A DNA stretch of 63,154 bases, filler included, from Licmophora abbreviata (lineage: Eukaryota), in the NCBI GenBank assembly GCA_900291995.1. It is 5 parts of 5 records of this genome, joined end to end, with 100 filler letters (N's around TTAATTAATTAA, not from the genome) between each part and the next. Parts side by side here need not be neighbours in the genome. Positions count along the whole stretch, not along the records: positions 25,168 to 44,122 come from OLMU01001197.1; 4 more parts are not named here. One strand, given 5' to 3'. The notes beneath the pieces were generated by a model. The model did no database searches, was not told where the DNA came from, and worked only from the letters and a program-made list of their open reading frames with translations. This document shows positions 25,068-36,300 of this stretch, piece after piece. The translations under genes were made by a program, and so were the position numbers. Each line of letters starts with the position of its first letter. Within the stretch, counting starts at the first letter, position 1.

Positions 25068-25167
25068 NNNNNNNNNNNNNNNNNNNNNNNNNNNNNNNNN
25101 NNNNNNNNNNNTTAATTAATTAANNNNNNNNNNNNNNNNNNNNNNNNNNNNNNNNNNNNNNNNNNNN
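25068..25167. other. Artificial contig spacer (44 N + TTAATTAATTAA + 44 N)
   Basis: Palindromic 12-mer with stops in all six frames, centred in N runs; identical at four sites. Confidence 0.97.
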
Positions 25168-28100
25168 AGCAGCAGTGGCTATATGGGTCTGTTTCACGGC
25201 CGCCTTACATGAGGAGTCAATGCATTCACTTCGATCGGCATGATACCGCAGGCATCCAATGCATCCGACATGACCGCAACAGCTGAACACCGCAACTTTG
25301 TCTTGGGGTAGCAGCTCATTTCCTTCCGAGCAAATGCACTGAGGAGATCCAGATCCAGGGCAGCAGATTGTCGCTCTACTCGCGAGTTGGAACGATAGCA
25401 CCTTTTCAATATAACGAAGACTGCGCATTCTGCCACATAACTCTTTAGCAGCCGCTCGGATTTTGTGGCAATGCTCCCGAAGTTGGTACTTCTTGGTATA
25501 AAGGGAGTCTTCGGAGGTTTCATCCACATCTTCGTTCCCACAGTTTGAGTCCGTGTTTTCACTGCTCTTTCGTTTCTTTGATCTGTTCGCGCTGTAAAAG
25601 TAGTCGATGTCAGGATTGGAAGGATCCTTCTTGGCGGCAACTTGGGCCTCGTATAGTAGATCGATCAAGCGCGCATTTACCTCCCTGTCCGCACCACCGG
25701 ACACGCTTGACATGTTCTCCACGTCCTTAATGATCATTTCGAGTCGGTCCTGCACTTCCCCCTTCTCTGTTTTGGATGTGCCCTTCCAATCTGGTTGTGT
25801 AGCTGTGATGCTTACTCTCTGCCGAATCGCCGCAGCCAGCAGATCTACTAGGTCTCTCTCGCATTCTTCTTTCTGTTGCCTCCGCAGTTTGATGACCGAT
25901 TCGCACATTTCTAACGCACAGGTAGCCCCATGAGTACATTAAAGTGAGCGCAGCGCTTCAACAACGCTTCTTCGGCCGATCCAGAGCCTTCGAGAGCCAT
26001 CTGCATACGGCGCTCGCGGTCCCCTGTTGAGCTTTTCCTACTTTTCAACGCTCGCTTGCCATTCATTTCAAGAGATCTCAAGTGGCTGTCTAATTCGAGA
26101 TAAATGGCTCGCTCCGCGGGAGGGAGGTCTACGGCAATCGTGTGCTCTTCACATTTTATCTCGTCGATCTCCGCAATGTTCTGTCGGACGAATCTGTCGA
26201 AAAATCGTTGGGCAAGGCTGTGGCGCTGCTCGTGCCATTGCATTGAACGAGACTCAAGTAGCGAAGAAAACTTTTCCGTTTCACTTCGGTCCTTGTCTTG
26301 TCCCCGTTTTCCGTTGGAAGCGCCTGGCAAGGGAAAGTCGATCCCAAGGTGGATTCCGATAAGTTTTGCAAGCCCTGCCGCGTCGTCGAAAGTCTCCCTA
26401 GGTGGAGTTCCGGACAGGCACCACCTGTAGCTAGCATTGAGGCCACGGAACAGAGTCAGAACGCGGGCGCGATCTTCCTTCTCCAAATAGGTAAATTCGT
26501 CGCAGACCACGCGATTCCAGAAGAACATTTCCAGCGGAGGACAACGCATCTTTCTGTAATTTTTCTGGATTGACTTGGTTTTCAAATGCCATGGGTCTAA
26601 TTCCGTGCTGGGGAGTGTCGCTTCCGATATCGACGGTTTCTTTTCACCGAGGAGGGTGGTTTTTTTGGTTTCTTCTTCTGATATGCTTTTGTATACCGAC
26701 TTTTTGCCGTCCATCCGGATCTCGTCATCGTCCATCGAGCTGTGAGCCACCGCATCTCGCTTAATCTCTTGGTACGCATTCTCAGTATCGCTTCTTATTG
26801 AAGGAACTCTTTCTGCGATACCCGCTAGGCACTCGTTGTAGATCGAGTCAAAGTGACGCGAGCCTGCCTTTTTGGCGCTGGGCATGCCACTGGCCCTCAC
26901 TCCTGCTAGTCGAGCCAGCCTGGAGAAGTACTTGTCTCCGCTGAGAACGGAAAAGTTGATGATCACTAGTTCCGCAGACAGCAAATCTTCGATTGTGAGT
27001 TTGTTCAGACTGGCCATATCCTTAACGAGGCATGTCTTTGCACGCGTCTTGGGGCCTAGAAACTTCTCTACCTCTCTTGGCCATTGATTCTGTAAGTGGC
27101 TCGGAACAATAATCAGGGTGGCTCTTGTGGAAAACAGCTTATCTCGTAGCTCCTCTGGAAGGCCCCGTTCTTTTCCATTTACCTCCACTGCAGCTCTATG
27201 CAAAGCAAGCGTAATGCAAGTCTTCCCGTACCCTGTTTAAACAATAGTGTAACTTATCAGTTCATATATAATTCACTCACAGTCTTGAGCTGTCGCACTT
27301 TCTTCTCAGAACTACTCACCTACTTCGTCTGCAACGACACCTCCACGAACAAGCACTGGGCGCCTCACTCGTGACTCAGCGCGCCAATCCAGAGACGGTA
27401 GCAGCTCTTCGCAAACTTCTTCCTCGATGAACGGAGATGATGAAGCTTCCTGAGATAGCATCCACATGAGACTTCGTAGCTGCTCAGGCCTCAGTGGAAA
27501 ACGCTCATTGAAACCAGGAGGCTGCGATGCCTGTTGATCGCGTCTATTTGACGTTATCTTCAACTTCGGAAAACGCCCTGCACCCAAGACAACATCCTGG
27601 TCTATGTGCTGGACCACTCGCCACTCAAAAAGGCAATCCCGGGAATATGCAGTATCGTGGGTCAACAGCATCGCTCGACGAGCCTGCGTCTTTCGCGGAA
27701 GTAAACCGAGGGCCCGGTGAGCGAGCGAAGCAGCATTGAAACCGATGTGAAGCTTGAGCCCTCCCGGTCCTGTATCCTTTGATATCACAACATGCCAAGG
27801 ATTGGGGCGGCGTTTCAGTGCTTGCTCGTAGACAGCAGCTTGTTGCCCATCCTCAATAGGAACAAACATCTCCTGACGTCCCTTTCTCACCAGCTTCCAA
27901 TGAATGTCCGGGGGGCGAGGAGAGCAACGTGTGCTTGCTTGCTCCTCCCCGTTCACTCTGTTCATGCCAGTGGAAACTAGTTGTTGCCACGCTCGGGATA
28001 CGGCCTCAGGAAGACTCAGACGACACGTCACAAACGCAAGTTCATCGAAGACCTTCTTAGACTTCCGAAGATTCAATGCGACAGACCGAGACCCTCTGGC

Positions 28101-31100
28101 TCGTTTCTCAAACGCAAGACTTAGAGGTTCGGAATGGCTGATGGGAAGTTCACAGCACAGAAGCTCAGGGCAAAGCTTCCACCCACCAGGACCCATCGAA
28201 GCCGTCAAAGTCGTGCTGTCTGATGGCGACAAAAGAGTTGGTTCAGGAAATGCAACGGCGTCAAGGGACAATCCTTGCGCATCAGCCCATGTGCCAGGAA
28301 GGTACGCACGAACCGTTTTGGGTGCATCGTTGTCAGACACCTTGAGGCTCTCTTCGGGACGGAATTCCGGATCGACCCTGACGATGATTTCTCTGTATTC
28401 CGTCGGATCTGTGCGGTGCTTTGAGGAGGAAAATACGTAACAGTCGTTATCTGCAAGGGTTTTCCGACCACTCTCGAGGAAAAAGAAAAGATCGCCCACT
28501 TCCTCGGCAGACTCCCGGTTCCTTCGCTTGTGCAGGGATCCGCACGCTCCTCCGCACTTTGGAAGTAGAACATAATCGCCACAAATCATCAAGGCAGCTC
28601 TCTTCTGGTCAGGTGACATGGCTTCCCCGGACACTCGAATGATCTCCGGTTGAGTCTCACCACTGAAACGCCCTTTCAGGCCCAATCTCGCCCGCCAGCT
28701 TTGTACTCTTTTCCCGACTGCTGAGAAACTTAGTTCAAGAGGTACTTCGAAGGGTAGGCAATACTGCCAAGACCCCGCCGTCAGCGAGATGGCATTGGTG
28801 GGGCATACGTACATACGAGCCACCGGCCTGATCAGGGCGTCGCGTAGAGGTCCCCGCTTGGACGGAGCCTTGGCAAACAACAGCCAGACTGCTTTGTTAT
28901 CCGAAAGGCGAAGCTCCAGTCGACTTCCGTTGGCAGCAGTGAATAAAGCAGTCCATAGATGGGTTCTGGCCAGTCGGCTGAATCGGAATTCAACTGGCCG
29001 CGGAGCTCCTCTTTCAGAATCAGCGGTTCGATAGACGGTCATGTGGAGCGCCTGCTTCCAGGCTTTCCACAGCATCGTGTCGCCGCATGCCACTTCCTCA
29101 GAAAGACCTTCTACGTTGACGCCACGAATCTGTACAGACATCGGCAAGAGCTTCATGAGCCTGGACCTGAACGCAACTGGATCAACGCGGACCTGAGTCT
29201 CTGGAACAAAATTGTGTTCTTCAAACTTTCTCGCAGGCTCAGCGCAACTTTTGCTTGATGTGTGCGAACATGTCTCGCATCTGAGCAAGTCGCCGTGAGG
29301 AATAGCTATGTCAGCGCCCTCCGCTGTGCACTTTCTGGAAGCTGAAGAAGCCTCCTTCAGCAGTAAACTCAAGTTCAAAGGTGTCACGTTATCGTTGAAA
29401 AGTAGCGGGCCTAGCATGAGTCGAGACGTGGTGTAATCGTCGGCTTGTTGCGAGATCGTGATGTCCTTGGGTACAGGCTGCAAAGCTCTCGGCACCAAGC
29501 TTTCACCCATTGCTATGCTTGCTGTTGAAAACTCTGCAGGCACTTGATCGATCACTTTGTGGCTAACAAGAAGTGCGCCAAGGATACATGCTCCCACAAC
29601 TCTACATGACGCACAAAACGTAGGGGAAGGCAACGTAAGAGGACGCAACATATCAGGTCGCACAACAGTCACAGAAAAGACGCACGTCGTGCTCATAGCG
29701 TTGCCCGCTAAATCCTTCAGTTGCCTCTCCGATTCTCTCGTCAGGATGAGGTCATCGCAGGGAATACCCTGTAATAGTAGGAGCTCTTTGGACGCGTAAA
29801 GGATGTACATCGTGGTGAGATGGACACGAGACGACAAAAGGCTTTCCGCGGCACCCCTTCTTCGATCGATGCTTACCTTCGCCGACAAGAGGGCCTCCTC
29901 GTGCCGTAACGTACGGCACTCCCGTTGGCGTCAGACAACTGCACAATCCGAGCTTTCCCATCGTATCTCTGTCCACATTCTGAGACACATTCCACACCAT
30001 GGTCTTGTAGGACGCATCAATGCCCTCCTTTGCAAGGCGAAGCGTGTTCACGTCCAAAAGATCATGGATACGGTGAACTTGCCTATTCAGCCATTCATTC
30101 CACATAAATCCAGGCATAGAAGTCATCCCGTCATCCGACCACCCGGTGAGAGGACGCTTGTCTCCCAGCTCCTCGTCGGATCTACAGAATTGGTGACGAG
30201 CCTCGCATCGAACCCAATCGACTCGATTGTTAGCCTCCGACGAATCTCCCCCGCCTGGACCCATCAGGCGGGCTCTTCCTCTCAAGACTCGAGGATCATC
30301 ATTGGAGAACATGAAGCCGTCCAGTGCAGCTGACGCCGGTCGCTTCAGGTCCCTTACTATCTGCTCCCAGGCCTTCGTTGTACTATTTGAAGCACCGGGC
30401 CCTCTTCTTATTGCAAAGAGGTAGCCGCGTTTCCTCGTTTGTGGTACGTAATAGTGTTTGGTGTCCATCTTGACAAAATGAGCAAAGTAGCCAAGTTCGT
30501 TGAAGATCTCGACCTTTTTCTTCCAGGGTGCTCCCTGCGGCGGGACGACAAACAAAGAAAACATTAGAACATAGAAACTTACTCTGAATGTCGACAAGAA
30601 ATGCATTTGAGACTTACATCCACATTTTCCAGGATAACAATTGGGGGCTCCGCTTTCCTAATCCAGTCGATGAGCCCACGCCATGTCTGGCCACTCTCGC
30701 CCTTGTCCTGGATTCCTTTCTGTAATATCGAGAGACATAAAAATGGCACGGGAGAATTAGCACAAACTGATTCCGGACGCCCGAGTGTGCAGAGGCGTTC
30801 CGTGTGATACCTTCTGTGTGTTTAGGTTCGAGTAGTCTACACAGGACGTTCCAGCGACAAGTATATCCACCATCCCGGGGTCGTTCGGAACTTTGGCAAG
30901 GGAACCGTAAGCCGTGAAAGCCTCGTCTTTGCCAAGCTCCCTAATATCCCGAAATAATAGTGGGGGCTGAAAGTTCCGCTCGATATACGCTTGCTTGAAA
31001 GGTTCGATTTCGCAACTAAAAACGTGTTTCACTTGTAGAAGCGTATCAAACTGGAGATCGTCTCCCCCTTCGCTATGATTAAGAAAGTCTTCGATCGACT

Positions 31101-32222
31101 TTGTAAGCATGTCCAAAGCGAGCAACGGGGATTCGGTACCTATTGCGACGAGGAGGCAAAGTTGTGGCCGCTGATAAGTGAGACGAATCGCAAAAGGACA
31201 TCGGTGAAACGAGCAAGCCTGCACATACCCGAGCACATGGTGGCGACTTTGAGAGGTCGGCCGTGCAGCGTCTTCATCAGAGCTTTCAGAGACGCCACAT
31301 GCTTCCCCGACGCAGCCAGCTGCGTGGAAATCATATCGTCAAACATTTCCTGGGGCTGCGAGATCACAGGCAGGTCGTCTCCTGCGCAGTAGGCGCTCTT
31401 AGCCTTCTTGCCTTTGGTTTCAATAGTAGTCTTTGCAGTCTTTGGTGTCCTCATACCATCTAGAAAGGCCCAGCCTGAAGCGATCGTTGTCGGTTTCTTT
31501 TTCTGTATGGAGGAACTGTCGTCAAGCTTTCGGGACTTTGGCAGCCGACCTGGAGCAGCAGCCTCGTTCGACCGAGCTGTCTTCGCAGCTTTGGGCCGTA
31601 TTTCTTCGGGCTGAAAGCTTGCATCTGACCCAGTGTCCATTACTTCGACTGACTTGCCTTCTTCTTCGCGAAATTTCTCTTCTGACTCGTCAGTTATGAC
31701 TTTTTGTCTTTTCCCAGGGCGGGGAGCGGGCTTCTTGGTGTCGCATTGAGAATTGGAGAGAAGAATCGCTTCGAATTCCTGTTGAGTATACTCCTCACTA
31801 TCGGAATCTTCATATCGAACGCAGTAGAAGCCTTCAGAAGAATCGTATGACACAAGGCTCCCGTCGAAACATCCAGCACCTTCGAATTCCTGTGGAAGAG
31901 ATTTCGGCAAGGGGCATGAATTGAGCAATGACATTGCGGTGTCCGTAGATGCTGTCGACCGTAAATTTCTTACCTTTCGAACTTTGGTCCCAATTGGATA
32001 CTTAGGACCCTCGTGGGGAGAGGGTTCGATATATTTTTCGTCGTGTGAGCGCACAGATGCGGTAGATGGCGTACCGCTAACCTCTGCTGGCTGCTTTTTG
32101 GACGGGGATTTCTGGTGCATTGGATTCGCACTCGTCATGGACACATGTTTCGCCTTTTCCTTTTTCTTGAAGAATGAAAGCAGGTTTTTCTGGCCGCCTA
32201 GCGATTTCGGATTGGGAGGCAT
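25168..32222 (-). CDS. DNMT5: DNMT5: C5 cytosine DNA methyltransferase fused to SNF2 ATPase/RING, with N-terminal PIP-box and Tudor-like domain; 3' truncated by gap; introns 31890-31973, 31140-31228, 30720-30810, 30535-30617, 29786-29876, 29602-29685, 27233-27319; 1-nt frameshift near 25935
   Basis: ATMCSGTESP, FSCEIEPFKQAYIERNF, AGTSCVDYSNLN, LENV, PQTRKRGY, LAGNAMSTTVVG; SNF2 motifs GGVVADEVGYGKT, VCDEF and LSGTP; RING-like CCGHVGCIGC...C...C. Confidence 0.92.
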
Positions 32223-33374
32223 GGTCTCGGGGGACGAAGGTGACTGTCAATGCGATGAAATCTCCTACAGGCAACCTTTGCGCAACAATGCAATCGTCAA
32301 TACAATGGATGCCAAACTAGTAACTCAGCCAGCTGATGAACGGCCTCTATTTTTTTGGCGCGAAGGACTATATTGAAGATCAACAGTACTGAATACATTT
32401 GATAGAAAAAATCAATTTCTGCTATTTCCTGCGATATCCATGTGCATTTAGCGCTTTTCAAATACTTTCTTTCAAAATTGGTACAATTCTGACATATTTC
32501 TATCTGCATCGGCTCTCCAAAACCTCACACAAAACCCCGTCACCCGTCATGCGGAACGATGGAGCCGCCGCGGAACAAAATGAACGATCGAAGTTCGTTC
32601 TTACTTGGTTAGTTCTACACCTGTTTGCGGTGAGGATCGATCCATTACTGTCATCATAGTGTGACGTGTTGTTGACAAAGGCGGGAAAAAGGTGTGGCGG
32701 AACTGAGACACATGAGAAAGTTGCGCCATCGTCCCTGCCTGCAATGGTCATCATAAATGCAGCATACTAGCACAAGACAAGGTATGTTTACACTTCTCAG
32801 TATTTTAGTCCGCGCGTATCCACTATTGGGCTTGAGCGCCTTCTTCCTATATTTCCTGTCATCTCATCTTGAAAATTGCAATGCTGCAGGTTCTTTCCAA
32901 CATTCTTGCCTGCATCGGGCTGATGCGGATGGAGACCATCGTCGGTCCCTCTGCAGTCAGACAGCACAAGCTCGATGTCGCAGAATGTCTTCGTCGATAA
33001 TTGAGAACAGTATGCTTCTATCAATCGACATTCGCGGATTTTCTTCACTTATGAAAAATACTTTATTTGATAAGATCTACGACAAAATGACGTTTTGTTT
33101 GTTAAAAAAATGTGAGAGAAACTGTTTGAGTTTGATTTCGAAGGCCAGACGGTGTGCGAGATGAAGTTTTTGAGTCGAACGAGTCACAACTGGAAAGGAG
33201 TGAATGAATCGGGTCTCGCTCATGCTCGAAAGGTACACCGCATGATAGATGAGCCGTCGGAAGCTATGATACCAATGGACTACGCAGATAGCGGCATCAT
33301 TAAACCAGCGAATCTCGACAAACAAGGTCAGTGAGATGAAGTCATACGTGATCCTCTACAGTGTTTGGTGCAAT

Positions 33375-36300
33375 CTATCTGCCAGCAGGTGGACGGCCTC
33401 GCCCGCGCAGCGACCCTGACGGCGGACGAGCCGCCATCACTTTGTCAAGCTTCTCCTTCATACCATCTAAAACGACCTTGTGTCGCGCAAGGACAGATTC
33501 GTCGCTTAGATCTTCCTCGGATGCCTCCTCATCGCCACTACTGGCTGGTACATCGTCGATCCTGCGGCAAAATGGTGCAAAGATTGTTGTGCCGGCCGGC
33601 ACAGCGACGGCGTGGTGATCCTCTTTTTGTTTCTTAGCTGCGGTAGAACTCGGCTCTGGTAAAGCAACGGGCTGGAAGATCATTGCCACATCTTCCCACG
33701 GGATTTCGTCCGTGCCTTGGGGTGGACCGTCCCTGTTCACCTTGATTTCGTCCTCACTAGATGGCCACGGGACACCAAGGCTGGCAGACCTTGACAGCCG
33801 TCGTTTCTTGGAACTTTGTTCCCGGATATCATCTTCGTCAAAGCTCATTCGACCAAGCGACAAGGAGCGGCGACGGAGGCCTCTCGTGAACATGCCGTAT
33901 GGTGTGTTTTCAAGTTCGTCACCGTCCCAGAAGAGGGGACTCGAGTAGTGGTTCGGATTGTACAGGGACAAGCTTGTTGCAACGGCAGAACCTGTGCCAG
34001 CAGAAAGGCTGGCATCGCTGCTTGCAAATGAAGACTTTCTCCGTAGACCCCTGATGGCAGATGATTTGCCGCTGCCTCCAGTAGGAGATGGAGAACGTTC
34101 ACTGACCGAGGGAGATGGATCTGAGTACGGACCTGCGATGGAAGTCCCTCCACGGATGTGATTTCGATCCTGCATCTTTTTGAGAGATTTCTGGATCAGT
34201 GCTCGAGCATTCGCTTGTCGAACCAAGTCTTCCCCTCTGAGATTCGGTGTGAATCCTCCGACTGGACGACCGGCGTCTTCCCATCCGGCCGCCGCATCGT
34301 CAACAACACAGTCATACGGAAGCAATGTCGAGGGGATAGTCGCATCAGCATCTTTGGCCAGTTTGAATAGTTCCTTGTGGCCTAGGCCTTCGCCAGCTCG
34401 AGCCATGGCGCCGACATAAGCCTGTGAGAAGTGTTCCGACACAGTCGCTCGTCTCGACAAGAGATTGGAGAGTAAGATTCGCTCCCGTGACTTGGAGCGA
34501 AGAGCACAGAGCCGGCACTCGTCGAGGATATTCACGAGGTCTTCGTAAGCTGCCAATGTCATATCCTAAACAGAAAGCAGAAGGGTCAGATGGTAAGTTT
34601 GTGTCAGTGTACCTGGTACACGATTATGCTGCAGACGATGTCACGCGAACGATGCTCACCGTCTCGTCGTCCAGATAGTAGTCCTTCATCAGAGCCTGAC
34701 TAACAAGTGAGGCAGTTTGAGAATCGGAAAGGGACATCTTGTTGCCACGCTCCTCTTCAGGAGATGTTGGCATTGTGACCGGTTTCGTTCGAGATTCTCC
34801 CTGTGCAACCGCCCCCAAACCCCCGCGCGCCACCGCATCGGCGCGGTCTGCTGCTATCGCACGTACAGAAGTGTTTACCGCTGTCTGTATAAGCCATTTG
34901 CATCTTGGGTCTACATCTATCCTCCCACTCTTTGCAAAAGCCCTCTGGAAGCTTTCTTTGTGTTGAACCCACAGCCAAACAAGAATTGTAAAGCAGATGA
35001 CCTGGTTGCGATGAAAATGTAGGGCGTTTTACATTGTGAGAAGCGACAGTTTCGTCACTGAAAAATTGCAATTCTGGTGGTAGCCTCGACACGTACATCT
35101 CGTGGGATCCCTGGAGTTCCGCTGCCGCCTTGATTTCTCACCGCAAGTGTGTTCAAGCACTCTCTGAGCGGATTATTGACGAGGGCTTTGGGGATCGGGA
35201 CGGCGGCCGCTACTGCTGATAGATATTCGACCAAGGCAGATGCGCGACCAGTGAATGTCCGCAGCCCATCGTGAAAGCGAGATTTTAGGATCAGCTCCGC
35301 GACCGTAGGTGAAATACTTGGCGGGGTGGCAGGTAGGAAGAATTGCATCCCAGCATTGAGGGATGAGGCCGTTATGCCTCCTTCGACAGTTTCCTCGTCT
35401 GGGGGAGTTATGCTGGGTTCGCCTTCAGATCGTCCCTTCGACTCTCCTTCTGGCGCGGTATCTTGTATGCCCTGACCCTCCTCAACACAATCGTTTGGCG
35501 ACTGATCTGCTGCTGAACCGAGGTCGGGAGTGCGCTCGTCTTTATTGTGGCGTATCCTTGAACTTGACCCAGGTGGCTTTGCCGGGCTTGATTTTCCCAG
35601 TGCTTGGTCGTTACGACTTCGGGTTTCGGATTGGGAAAAGTTTTCAGTATCTTCCTGGACCGTCAAGATTTCTTTCTGTTCTCGTGAGGGAGATGATGTC
35701 GGCTTATCGATGTATTGAGCTACGGCCTCGGACTTTTTGTTCTTCGCTACGTACTGACTCGGAGCGGCTGGGCCTGACGGAGCCGCTACCGAACGAGGCG
35801 GCCCTATTATCGGAGGGGCTGCATGATCGTTCACAGAACGACTTAAATGTCCAGCCGGCGGCTGGGAGTACTGGGCTGCACCCGGAGCTACTGGCTGGGA
35901 CCCCAACAACACGGCCGCTTCTTGAGGGGACAGGACAGCAGCCACTGCCGAGACCTGTTGGTGCGCCGCTAGCGCGTGTGCGGCTGCATTCTGCTGTTCT
36001 CTCAGCAGGAAGGCCCTACCCGCTCCATCGCGTACGGAGAGGCCCAGCAGTGCTGCCCGTTGTGGAGCAAGATTCATGGCAGACAGTGACTGGGGCGAGT
36101 CGAGAACTCCAGCAGCACCAATACTTGACCAATCGGTTTCAGCCGCCCTGTTCGTACCTTGAAGTCCCCCTATGGGAGTCAGATCGCCCGCTGGGTGGCG
36201 ACCCTGAGCATGCAGATTTCGAGAGGGCGCTGATGAAGCATGACGATCTACAATGCTTGAATGTGACTGGTTATTCATGCGCTCACGCCCAGATCTGTGT

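Noticed and set aside
25112..25123. Palindrome TTAATTAATTAA recurring four times
   Set aside because: Always centred in N runs; it is a six-frame-stop assembly linker, not biology.
25168..32222. C5 methyltransferase + helicase as a bacterial restriction/defence system
   Set aside because: Seven spliceosomal introns and DNMT5-specific motifs show it is the eukaryotic DNMT5.
3..32222. Chromatin/cell-cycle gene cluster (SET-cyclin, TACC-like, CDKA2, DNMT5)
   Set aside because: Interspersed with unrelated genes, and DNMT5 is on a different contig; no evidence of functional clustering.
32360..33360. AT-richer intergenic kilobase with short ORFs
   Set aside because: No terminal repeats, transposase remnants, RNA-gene motifs or convincing coding signal could be recognised.
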